Shown piece by piece: positions 55,894 to 64,000 of a stretch of DNA of 64,000 nt. This DNA is from Gemmatimonadales bacterium. GTDB lineage: Bacteria; Gemmatimonadota; Gemmatimonadetes; Gemmatimonadales; GWC2-71-9. The stretch is from contig JBDIWC010000012.1 of assembly GCA_039794085.1 (NCBI GenBank), forward strand, positions 23,760-87,759, in the 5' to 3' direction. A model generated the notes under the pieces. That model searched no databases and was not told the origin of the DNA. It saw nothing but the letters and a program-made list of their open reading frames with translations. Position 1 is the first letter of the stretch. Each line of letters opens with the position of its first letter. Both the position numbers and the translations under genes were made by a program.

Positions 55894-58083
55894 TCAGAAC
55901 CCCGTGCGCCAGGAGAGAATGAACATCCGCTTCGGCTCCGGGCGGAAGAAGGCGGCGTTGGTGAATTCGGCGTACAGCTCGTTGGTCAGATTTTCCACCG
56001 CGAACTGCACGGAGTGGGTGACCGGACCGCGGCGGAACACGGTGATCCCCCCGCGCAGGGAGTGCACGGTGAAGGAGGGGAACACGTTGCCGATCGGGTT
56101 GTCCACCAGGGACACATCGCCACGCTCCCCGTTGTGGCGCACCCCGTAGATGGCCCAGAATCGGCGGGCGGGATCGCGATACCGGGCCTCCCCGGTGATC
56201 CGGCTGCTGAACGTGTCGCCCACGGGATTGTTGTCCTCCAGGACGTTGTCGCTGTCGAGACGGCCCCAGTTGCCGCCGACCGAGAGCCCCCGCCCCAGGT
56301 CGAGGTCTGCGGTGAGCTCGATTCCCTGATCGCGGATCTTGTCCACATTCACGTTGCGGAACCCGGGAAAGGGACCCACCATCGTGTCCACCGGCTCGAT
56401 CCGGATGCCATCGGAAATGGTGTTCCGGAACACGAATCCCTCGAGTTGCACCGGGCCCTGACGGAACCGGACCCCGAGGTCCACATTCACGCTGGTTTCC
56501 GGTTCCAGATCGGGATTGCGGATCTGGAAGCCGGTCCCCTCCGGGGTGGCGCCGTTGAAGAAGCGTTCCACGAGATTGGGCGCTCGAAAGGCGCGACCCA
56601 CGGTTCCGATCACCGTGAGGGAGGGGAGGGGGCTGTAGGCCACGTTGGCGCTCGCCACCACGGTCTGGTTGCTGCTCGAGACCAGGGGGGCGGTGATGCC
56701 ATCGGTCTGTCGCGTCCGGGCCCGGACATCCTGCACCCGGAGGCCGAGCACGGCGTTCAGGTTGTCGGTGACATTGAGGTCGCCCTGCACGAAGACGCCG
56801 CCACTCTTGAAGGTGGCATTGGGAGTCGTGGGGACGTCGTTCACGGTCGTCTGGGTCGGGCCGAAGCCGGCGATGATGGTGGTGTTGGTGTCGGTGTTGA
56901 AGGAGGCATCCCGAAACCAGTCCACGCCGTAGGTCAGGGTGTGGCGTCCCCCGAGCACCCGGGACGCCTCGAGGCGGAACCCCCGGGTATCGAGGTCGGT
57001 GAAGTTACGGGTTTCCGAGGTGAGCCCCGCACCAGGAGGTCCGAACGGGACAAAGACATCCAGGTCGAGGGTGCGCGTGTTGCTGGAGGCCCATCCCGAG
57101 ACCTCCAGACGGTCCGCGAGAACGCTTCCAAGCCCCGAGGCCCGATACCCGGCGGACACCCGGTCCACGGTCTGCTTCGGATACCGGATGGCGATCGTCG
57201 GAGCGCTCGGGTCTCCCAGGGCCGCCCCGGGAACGAATCCGAACCCGGCGTCGAGCGCCTTGTACCGGGAGTACTTGGCGAAGACCTCGCTCACCTCGCT
57301 GAGACGGTAATGGGTCCGGAGGGACCAGTTCTGGTCCTCCACTCCGGTGTCCTCCACCCGGGTGTCCCCGGGGAGCGTGATATTGCCCCAGGTGCCACCG
57401 GGGGCGTCATACGCTTCCGCGTCCCGAAACGATCCGGTGGCCACGAACCCGAAGCGTCCCAGGTGACCCGTGGCATCGAAGGTGGGGTGCTGCTGGCGGT
57501 CCTCGGAACTGTACCGGTAACTGAGCGAACCATGGAGACTCCGCCCCTCTCCCGTCGGAGGCTCCAGGCTGATCATGTTGACCACGCCGCCGATGGCGTC
57601 GGTTCCGTAAAGGACCGACGCCGGACCCTTGACCACCTCGACGCGCCGGAGCGCATTAGGGTCCACCAGGGCGGGGAGCTCCCCGAAGTCCTGTTGTCTC
57701 CGGGAATTGTTCATCCGCAGACCATCCTCGAGCATCAGGATTCGCTGGCCCCGCTGGCCCCGAATCGACAGGCGACCCTGGTTGGGCCCGACCCCGGTGA
57801 CATCGATGCCCGCCACGTTCCGGAAGAGGTCGGCGATTCCGTTCCCCATGCGCTCCCGGATGGCCGCCGAATCCTTCACCACGGTCGGGGAGGGGACTCG
57901 AAAGACGCCCCGGGGGCTTCGGGTCGCCGTCACCGTGACCTCTTCGAGTATGATCGCCGTCGTGTCCTTCTTCGCGCGGCGGAGGGTGTCCGGGTCTTGC
58001 TGGATGTGGGCGTGCAACGGAGTGGAGGGAATGAGGAGAAGGAGACTGCAGAAGCCGGGGAGCAATCGTGCCATGGAGCCCAT
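55894..58083 (-). CDS. TonB-dependent outer membrane receptor
   Basis: Signal peptide, EEVTVTATR TonB box, IRG..., VEVVKGPASVLYG.DAIGGVVN plug, FRAPN/NPDL.PE, C-terminal F. Confidence 0.95.
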   Translation of the reverse strand: MGSMARLLPGFCSLLLLIPSTPLHAHIQQDPDTLRRAKKDTTAIILEEVTVTATRSPRGVFRVPSPTVVKDSAAIRERMGNGIADLFRNVAGIDVTGVGPNQGRLSIRGQRGQRILMLEDGLRMNNSRRQQDFGELPALVDPNALRRVEVVKGPASVLYGTDAIGGVVNMISLEPPTGEGRSLHGSLSYRYSSEDRQQHPTFDATGHLGRFGFVATGSFRDAEAYDAPGGTWGNITLPGDTRVEDTGVEDQNWSLRTHYRLSEVSEVFAKYSRYKALDAGFGFVPGAALGDPSAPTIAIRYPKQTVDRVSAGYRASGLGSVLADRLEVSGWASSNTRTLDLDVFVPFGPPGAGLTSETRNFTDLDTRGFRLEASRVLGGRHTLTYGVDWFRDASFNTDTNTTIIAGFGPTQTTVNDVPTTPNATFKSGGVFVQGDLNVTDNLNAVLGLRVQDVRARTRQTDGITAPLVSSSNQTVVASANVAYSPLPSLTVIGTVGRAFRAPNLVERFFNGATPEGTGFQIRNPDLEPETSVNVDLGVRFRQGPVQLEGFVFRNTISDGIRIEPVDTMVGPFPGFRNVNVDKIRDQGIELTADLDLGRGLSVGGNWGRLDSDNVLEDNNPVGDTFSSRITGEARYRDPARRFWAIYGVRHNGERGDVSLVDNPIGNVFPSFTVHSLRGGITVFRRGPVTHSVQFAVENLTNELYAEFTNAAFFRPEPKRMFILSWRTGF

Positions 58084-58198
58084 GGTTGGGTGCCTGAGTG
58101 TGGGTGGCCGGTGCCGTCCCGGTGGGGAACGGTGCGAGCGGCTGGAGAGTACTCGGTTGTCGCCTCGGGCACAGGCGCAAAGGTACGGCAGCAGGCAT

Positions 58199-58212
58199 CC
58201 GTAGTTGTACGG
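58199..58212. promoter_or_regulatory. Palindrome CCGTA-N4-TACGG, candidate response-regulator site
   Basis: Dyad adjacent to a minus-strand TACCTT -10-like box (58180-58185) upstream of the receptor. Confidence 0.45.
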
Positions 58213-58215
58213 GTG

Positions 58216-58567
58216 GGACGGAGGACGGAGGACGGAGGGCGGAGGACGGAGGACGGAGGACATAGGACATAGTCGCCTCCGTCGTGCTCCAGGTCCTCCG
58301 CCGGGTGGAAAACGGCCACAAGAGGCAGAGAAGACACAAGTGGCACGCGACCGGGCAGAAAAAGGGAGGGTCGATGAACCGGCGACATCAGTCTTGTGTC
58401 TTTTGTGCTTTTTGTGGTCGGCCATCCAACGGAATGGACCGTGTCGTGCGCCAGTTGTCACGTGGTGGGGAAGCAGAAGGGGCGCACGCGGAGCCGCGGA
58501 GACGAAGTCGAGGAGAATTGTCCTCTGTCCTCTGTCCTCTGTCCTCTGTCCTGTGTCCTACGTCCTC
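58216..58567. repeat. Inverted heptamer arrays enclosing a nonamer-periodic inverted repeat
   Basis: 8 x GGACGGA/GGACATA (58216-58271) ... 7 x TGTCCTC-like (58519-58567); inner IR 58314-58340 / 58393-58419. Confidence 0.88.
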
Positions 58568-58599
58568 ACAAGGTCCTGCCGCATCGTGCGGGAGTCGAC

Positions 58600-59253
58600 T
58601 CAACCCTGGTCCCGGGTCAGCCCGGCCAGCAGGGCGAGGCGGGTCAGCTCCGCCACGCTCCGAAGACCAAGTTTGCGCATCAGACTCTCCCGGTACGATT
58701 CGACGGTGCGGATACTGAGGGTGAGCCGTTGGGCGATCTCCCGGTTCGTCTCCCCGCTCACCACACCGAGGAAGACGTCCCGTTCCCGCCGGGTGAGGAG
58801 CGCCAGGCGATCCCGGGCATCCGGCACGGCGGGGGCTGCCGTCTCGGGGGCATCCCCGGCGGGGAGATCGAAACAGGTCTCCCCGGCGGCGAGGCGGCGC
58901 ACCGCATCCCGCAGAGCGGCGGGAAGTGTGTCCTTGCGCAAGTACCCGTGGGCCCCGGAACGCACCGCTTCGAGAACATATTCCGGATGATCGTGCACGC
59001 TCAGCATCAGGATGCGGGTGTCGGGCACGGTCCGGCGCACCTGGGGCAGGACCTCGAGCCCCGACCCGTGCGGCATGGAGACATCGAGAATCAGCACGGT
59101 GGGGCGGAGGGCCGCGGCCTGTGCCAGGGCGTCCTCCCCGGTCGAGGCCTCACCGGCCACGAGGATGTCCTCCTGCCCCGAAAAGACCTGGCGGATCCCC
59201 TCGCGCACCAGCGCGTGGTCATCGGCGATGAGAACGGTGATGGGTCGCGGCAT
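58600..59253 (-). CDS. NarL/LuxR family response regulator
   Basis: LIADDHALVREG, LDVSMP, GYLRK, LTRRERDV, TNREIA..L.LS.RTVESYR..LMRKL. Confidence 0.95.
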   Translation of the reverse strand: MPRPITVLIADDHALVREGIRQVFSGQEDILVAGEASTGEDALAQAAALRPTVLILDVSMPHGSGLEVLPQVRRTVPDTRILMLSVHDHPEYVLEAVRSGAHGYLRKDTLPAALRDAVRRLAAGETCFDLPAGDAPETAAPAVPDARDRLALLTRRERDVFLGVVSGETNREIAQRLTLSIRTVESYRESLMRKLGLRSVAELTRLALLAGLTRDQG

Positions 59254-61007
59254 CAGGCGTCGGCTCCTGCGGGGGGAATCGAGGGACGGGGGATCGTGAC
59301 CCGCAGAACGGTTCCTCCGGCCGGCCCCGGTTCCACCTCCACCGTTCCTCCCTCCTGGGCGATGCGTTCCTGCATCCCGGTCAGTCCGGTGCCGGTGCCG
59401 GTGCGGGGGGTCGGACCAATGCCATTGTCGCACACCTGCAGGGAGAGGGCCCCGTTTTCTGCCGACAGGGTCACCGCCACCTGCGAAGCGTTCGCGTGCC
59501 GGGCCACGTTGCTCAGCGCTTCCTGCAGGGCCCGGAAGAGGGCGAGTTCGGCATCCTCGGTGAGCGCGGGACTTCCCGCCCGGTCATCGAAGGCACAGGC
59601 GATGCCGGTCCGGGACCCGAAGTCGGACACCAGGGCCCGCAGGGCGGGCACCAGTCCCAGATCGTCGAGCACCGAGGGCCGCAGGGCCTCGGTGACATTC
59701 CGGATGCTGCGCATGCCGGTGTCCACCATTCCCACGAGATGGTCGATGCGGGGCGTCAGCTCATGGGGAATGCCCTCGCGCAGGGCCCCCAGCTGCAGCT
59801 TCATGGCGGAAAACACCTGGGCCGTTTCGTCATGGAGCTCCCGGGAGAGGCGGTGCCGTTCCTGCTCGTGTTGACGGATCATCCGGGCGGACAGCCGTTC
59901 CAGGTCGGCCTGGCGGCGGGCCAGCCGGGCATGCAGATCGGAACGCTCCAAGGCGGTTCCCATCTGGCGTCCCAACGTCAGAAGAAAGTCATCGTCCAGC
60001 GCGGTGAACGGGTCTCCCACCTCTCCCACGATCACCAGCGCGGCCATCACGAGGTCCTCCCGGAAGACGGGAAGAACCAGGGCAAACCCCCGGCCGCCGG
60101 GAGCCGTGAGCCGGGGGCGCCTGGCGTCCACGGCCTGGAGGATCGTGGGACGGATTTCCCCATCGGGGATCGAGGTCGCCTCCCCCCATTCCCGGCACAC
60201 TCCGGCTCCCCGTGTGAAGCGGACCGTGGGCGTGAGGCCGGCGGCATGCACCACGTCATAGAATGCGCTTCCTCTGACCCCCGCCAGATCCAGAGGTCGC
60301 GTCAGCAGGGCATCGAGGGCGTCGGCCTCGCCGCGGGGACGGTGGAGGTCTCCCGCCATGGCGGAGAGGGTCCGAAGACCGGTGCGGAGTTCCTCGATCA
60401 GGAGCAGCAAGGTCCCCGATCCGATCGCCAGAATGAAGGCGATGTCGAGATAATAGCCCCAGGGGGTCCACGCCCCGCGGGCGCGAAGCAACGGATAATC
60501 GAGATGATGCAGCGCCCAGAGGAGAAAGGTCCACCCCAGAAATCGGGCGGAGGAGGAACCGGTCTGTCGGCGAAACCGGAAAAAGGCCACGCCGGCCGCC
60601 GCGGTGGCCCCGCTCAGGAAGACCACGGCGGGGAGAGCGGCGAGAAGGAAAGTTTCCAGCCGGTAGATCGCCAGGATGGACCAGAGAGGGGGGAAGAGGA
60701 GAACCAGAAGATAGCGGGAGCGCCACCGGGTTCCGCGGGCGAAGACGAGAGTGGCCCAGAGGGTGGCCAGGGCGGTCCACCCGGTGAGCACCTGGTGGGC
60801 GAAGAGCCAGAAGCGGTCGGCGGTGACCAGAAAGGTGCTGATCGCCCCGATACGAACGCCGAACATGGTCCAGGCCACCGCCCACCAGCCAAGGTAGGGC
60901 TTGCGATACCGGGAGTGCAGGACGGCAAAGAGCGCCGCCAGACCGAAGGTGATGGCGGCCTGAAGGAGCGCGGCGTCGAGCTCGAGGGTGGTGGGCGAAA
61001 GATCCAT
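59253..61007 (-). CDS. Sensor histidine kinase (multi-TM sensor, GAF-like, HisKA_3, HATPase)
   Basis: ERHRLSRELHDE, LRPSVLDDLGL, QEALSNVARHA, DNGIG, GLTGMQER. Confidence 0.93.
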   Translation of the reverse strand: MDLSPTTLELDAALLQAAITFGLAALFAVLHSRYRKPYLGWWAVAWTMFGVRIGAISTFLVTADRFWLFAHQVLTGWTALATLWATLVFARGTRWRSRYLLVLLFPPLWSILAIYRLETFLLAALPAVVFLSGATAAAGVAFFRFRRQTGSSSARFLGWTFLLWALHHLDYPLLRARGAWTPWGYYLDIAFILAIGSGTLLLLIEELRTGLRTLSAMAGDLHRPRGEADALDALLTRPLDLAGVRGSAFYDVVHAAGLTPTVRFTRGAGVCREWGEATSIPDGEIRPTILQAVDARRPRLTAPGGRGFALVLPVFREDLVMAALVIVGEVGDPFTALDDDFLLTLGRQMGTALERSDLHARLARRQADLERLSARMIRQHEQERHRLSRELHDETAQVFSAMKLQLGALREGIPHELTPRIDHLVGMVDTGMRSIRNVTEALRPSVLDDLGLVPALRALVSDFGSRTGIACAFDDRAGSPALTEDAELALFRALQEALSNVARHANASQVAVTLSAENGALSLQVCDNGIGPTPRTGTGTGLTGMQERIAQEGGTVEVEPGPAGGTVLRVTIPRPSIPPAGADA

Positions 61008-61120
61008 GAATCGGGTCGAGGTGTCCCAAACATAGCCGGACGCCCCGGGCGACGCGCCGGGCGGTCGCCCACCGCCAGGATGGCAGGGGACCTCCGCTTC
61101 CCTTAAGTTTGATCGAGTGT

Positions 61121-61194
61121 GCGCCCGTAGCTCAGGTGGATAGAGCATCGGCCTTCTAAGCCGAGGGTCGCAGGTTCGAATCCTGCCGGGCGCA
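61121..61194 (+). tRNA. tRNA-Arg (anticodon TCT)
   Basis: GCGCCCG acceptor, TCGGC-CTTCTAA-GCCGA, GCAGG-TTCGAAT-CCTGC; CCA not encoded. Confidence 0.95.
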
Positions 61195-61228
61195 TGGGGG
61201 GTGACGAGAGGACATAGGAGGACATAGG

Positions 61229-61320
61229 ACCCAGGACAGCAGGACATAGCAACCCAGGACAGCAGGACATAGCAACCCAGGATAGCAGGACATAGCAACC
61301 CAGGACAGCAGGAGATAGCA
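61229..61320 (+). repeat. Four tandem 23-bp repeats ACCCAGGACAGCAGGACATAGCA
   Basis: Copies start at 61229, 61252, 61275 (one mismatch) and 61298 (one mismatch); no spacers. Confidence 0.92.
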
Positions 61321-61551
61321 CAGCCTGGGAGGGGGCGCGGACCCAGCGTCCCTCCCAGCGTCCCCGTCCCATGTGCTTCCGTCCTATGTGTCCTCTGTCG
61401 TCTGTCCTCTGTCCTCTGATCCTTAACACTTCTCCCCCAGCCTGCGTACTTCTCTCGATGGATGCGAGATTCGCGTCCTGAGACTGGACCCGGTCATGCG
61501 CCGATGTGCGGAGCGCCGGGTGGTCTCGACCACTTTGTGGAGATTGGCCCC

Positions 61552-61971
61552 ATGCGCCCTGGCTTGTTCCTCCGTACCTCGCTTCTCGCTGCCGCCGCCC
61601 TGTTCGCCCTCCCCGTCGCCCACGCCGTGGCCCAGGGCACGGGAGGGGGCGGTCCCGGCGGTGCCGCCCGCCAGCAGGAGTTGATCGACCGGGTCACCAA
61701 AGAACTCAGCCTCGACGCCAAGCAGGCCGAGAAGGTCACTTCCATCCTCAAGGCGGAGACGGAAAAGCGAAACACCCTCTTCCAGGAGATGCGATCCGGG
61801 GGTGGGGATCCCCAGGCGATGCGCGCCAAGATGGGCGAGTTGACCGCGGAAACCGAGAAGGAATTGTCCGCCGTGCTCACCAAGGAACAGGTGGCCAAGT
61901 ACAAGGAGATCCGGACCGCCTGGCAGGCCGGGGGCCGGGGTCAGGGGCGGCGTCCAAATCCAAGTCGTTGA
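61552..61971 (+). CDS. Exported helical protein (Spy/CpxP- or DUF4890-like)
   Basis: Signal peptide, KELSLD..Q..KV, AVLTKEQ..KY; GGAG SD. Confidence 0.7.
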   Translation: MRPGLFLRTSLLAAAALFALPVAHAVAQGTGGGGPGGAARQQELIDRVTKELSLDAKQAEKVTSILKAETEKRNTLFQEMRSGGGDPQAMRAKMGELTAETEKELSAVLTKEQVAKYKEIRTAWQAGGRGQGRRPNPSR

Positions 61972-61988
61972 TCGGACTCGTTTTCCCC

Positions 61989-62026
61989 GCGGGGTCCATC
62001 CGGGTTCACCCCCGGATGGACCCCGC
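61989..62026. terminator. Perfect 16-bp hairpin, probable terminator
   Basis: GCGGGGTCCATCCGGG-TTCACC-CCCGGATGGACCCCGC. Confidence 0.6.
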
Positions 62027-62080
62027 TAGCTTTCCGGGTTCGACCTGGCTTCCTGGAGTGGTACCTGAATGGTGGATGAC

Positions 62081-63487
62081 ATGCGCCCCGGCTCTGACCT
62101 GATTCCTCCGGCCCCGGCCGGTGGAATGGGTGCGTTGCTGCGCCTGGCGCTCCCGGTCGTCACCGTTCAGGTCGGCATGATGACGATGGGTGTGGTGGAC
62201 ACTCTCATGGTGGGACGGGTGTCGCCGGCAGCGCTCGCCGCCGTGGCGCTCGGCAACCTCTACTTCTTCGCCTTCGCCGTCTTCGGCCTGGGGGTCATCT
62301 CCGCCCTCGACCCGATCGTGTCCCAGGCGGTCGGCGCCGGGGACAACCCCGCCGTGACCCGGGGCCTCCAACGGGGTCTCGTTCTCGCTGCGGCCCTCTC
62401 GATTCCCGTCGGGATCGTCCATCTCCTCGCCGGTCCGATCCTGGCCCTGGTGAGGCAGCCCGTGGAGGTGGTCCCCCTGGCTGCGGGATATGCCCTCGCC
62501 ACCATCCCGGGGATTCTCCCCTTCTTTGCCTTCACCGTCTTCCGTCAGACCCTCCAGGCCATGGGACACCTGCGGGCGGTGGTGGTGACCATCGTGTTGG
62601 CCAACGCGGCCAATATCGTCTTCAATGACGTGCTGATCTTCGGCCGGTTGGGTTTCCCCCCTATGGGGGCGGTGGGCTCCGCGTGGGCATCCACCCTGAG
62701 CCGGTGGCTCATGGCGGGGCTCCTGCTTCTGGCGGCCCGGCGCACGCTCCTTCCCCATCTCCTTCCCTGGCGCCGGGACGCCTTCCAGGCGGGGCCTCTG
62801 GCGCGCATGATGCGGCTGGGGGCACCCATCGGCGGGCAGATGCAACTGGAGTTCGGGGCCTTCGGGGGAGTGGCGCTCCTGATGGGATGGTTGGGCACCG
62901 ACGCCGTGGCCGGTCACCAGATCGCCATCAATCTCGCGTCCCTCACCTTCATGGTTCCGCTGGGGCTCGGGATGGCAGCCGCGGTGCTGGTGGGCCAGGC
63001 GGTGGGGCGGAATGACCCGGAGGACGCCCGGAGGACGGCGCGCGGGGCCCTCCTGACCGGGGCCTCCTTCATGACGGGAACCGCGATCCTCTTCCTCGGC
63101 ATCCCCGGAGTCCTGGCCCGATTCTACACCACGGACCCGGCGGTCCTGGCCGTGGCCATCGCACTCCTCCCGTTGGCCGGGATCTTCCAGGTGTTCGACG
63201 GCATTCAAGCGGTCTCCATCGGAATCCTGCGCGGGGTGGGGGACACGAGCGGGCCCTTCCTCATCAACATTCTCGGCTTCTGGTGCGCAGGGATTCCCCT
63301 GAGCCTGCTCCTCGGATTTGGCCTCGGACAGGGGCCCGTGGGCCTCTGGTGGGGCCTCGTGGCGGGGCTCGGCATCGTGGCGGTGATCCTGGTGCTCCGT
63401 GTGAGGCGGAAGCTACGGGGGAGTCTGCAACGGGTGATCATCGACACCACCCCGGCGCCCGAGCTTCAAGCGGGAGTGCTCGCGTGA
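62081..63487 (+). CDS. MATE family efflux transporter (NorM-like)
   Basis: LLRLALPV, VDTLMVGR, GAVGSAWAS, AGHQIA, FQVFDGIQ..GILRG.GDT. Confidence 0.93.
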   Translation: MRPGSDLIPPAPAGGMGALLRLALPVVTVQVGMMTMGVVDTLMVGRVSPAALAAVALGNLYFFAFAVFGLGVISALDPIVSQAVGAGDNPAVTRGLQRGLVLAAALSIPVGIVHLLAGPILALVRQPVEVVPLAAGYALATIPGILPFFAFTVFRQTLQAMGHLRAVVVTIVLANAANIVFNDVLIFGRLGFPPMGAVGSAWASTLSRWLMAGLLLLAARRTLLPHLLPWRRDAFQAGPLARMMRLGAPIGGQMQLEFGAFGGVALLMGWLGTDAVAGHQIAINLASLTFMVPLGLGMAAAVLVGQAVGRNDPEDARRTARGALLTGASFMTGTAILFLGIPGVLARFYTTDPAVLAVAIALLPLAGIFQVFDGIQAVSIGILRGVGDTSGPFLINILGFWCAGIPLSLLLGFGLGQGPVGLWWGLVAGLGIVAVILVLRVRRKLRGSLQRVIIDTTPAPELQAGVLA

Positions 63488-63915
63488 AGCATTCCCTCTG
63501 GTACACCGAGGAACCGGGCCCCCTCTTCGCGCCGAGGCGGGATCGCTCGTGGATCGGACTGGCGATCAGTGCCGGTCTCCATCTTCTCCTCATCGCCCTG
63601 GTCGTGCAGCGGGACATGCTCCCCGAGGCCATGGAGCCCGAGAAATCGGCCACCGGGCAGGTGGACTTCATCCCCCTGAATCCTCCGCCTCCTCCGCCCG
63701 GTCCCGTCCCCCAGGCACTGGTTGCCCCTCCGATTCCCGAGTCGGCAGTGCCCGAGCCGCCCCCCCCCCCCCCCCCCCCCCCGCCCGCCCCGCGCCCCCC
63801 CGCCCGACCCCGGTCTGCCCCCCTCCCCTCCCCCACCCCCACCACCACCCGGCGCCGGCCCCCCGCACCGCCACCCCCCCCCCCCCCCCCCCCGCTGCCG
63901 CCCCCGGAGGCTTAG
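63484..63915 (+). CDS. Membrane-anchored Pro-rich protein (TonB-like N-terminus); 3' part unreliable
   Basis: GTGA overlap; ISAGLHLLL S-x3-H TM motif; poly-Pro; long poly-C runs suggest sequence error. Confidence 0.5.
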   Translation: MKHSLWYTEEPGPLFAPRRDRSWIGLAISAGLHLLLIALVVQRDMLPEAMEPEKSATGQVDFIPLNPPPPPPGPVPQALVAPPIPESAVPEPPPPPPPPPPAPRPPARPRSAPLPSPTPTTTRRRPPAPPPPPPPPPLPPPEA

Positions 63916-64000
63916 CGCACCGGGCCCCCGACCCACCCCCCGCCGCCGGCCGGCCGGGACGGCACGAGGAGGACGGAGACCGCGCCGGCGCCCGCGCGGC

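Noticed and set aside
58084..58200. Cobalamin or TPP riboswitch upstream of the TonB receptor
   Set aside because: No B12-box or TPP core motifs recognisable on the minus strand.
58205..58718. ORFs over the heptamer arrays (EDGGRRT, LCPLSSV repeats)
   Set aside because: Translation artefacts of 7-bp repeats; no SD or domain evidence.
54907..61194. tRNA-bounded region as an integrative element or prophage
   Set aside because: No integrase and no duplicated tRNA 3' end (att site) seen.
61229..61320. 23-bp repeats as a CRISPR array
   Set aside because: Head-to-tail copies with no spacers, and no cas genes in the window.
61520..61533. Palindrome GTGGTC-TC-GACCAC before the Spy-like gene
   Set aside because: Single short dyad in high-GC DNA with no supporting context.
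63760..64000. Poly-C tracts as a phase-variation locus, and the stop at 63915
   Set aside because: Degenerate homopolymer-rich sequence at the window end looks like sequencing or assembly error; cannot be interpreted.

Overview
High-GC, mostly core-genome window of a diderm bacterium. Gene order and protein style suggest Gemmatimonadota (inference). Contents in order: rpsT; site-2 protease-scpA-scpB-rluB; a MoxR/DUF58/Bat (VWA-TPR) cluster; mutL-miaA-bshA-uppP-birA; a predicted beta-barrel/NlpC-P60 fusion; a secreted PHM-like copper protein; CIRCE-preceded groES-groEL; sugar-nucleotide genes; serS-pcrA; murA-pgeF; a nusA-infB-rbfA-truB-ribF operon lacking rimP; secDF-tatD-fhs-ridA; tRNA-Sec; murI, lpxH-like, lptE, rph, rdgB; tRNA-Pro. 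Between tRNA-Pro and tRNA-Arg lies an accessory islet: TonB-dependent receptor, stand-alone multi-TM protein and a NarL-type two-component pair, with inverted heptamer/nonamer repeat arrays. A MATE pump and a Pro-rich gene with probable assembly noise end the window. No transposase, integrase, CRISPR array or rRNA was seen. Best leads: (1) a protein gene that appears to start inside tRNA-Sec; (2) the receptor/TM-protein/kinase module, whose free TM protein resembles the kinase's own sensor; (3) a PHM-fold copper protein with an apparent His-to-Met ligand swap; (4) gene-less cassettes bounded by inverted repeat arrays; (5) the OM barrel-NlpC/P60 fusion. All family assignments are by motif recognition; no searches were run.
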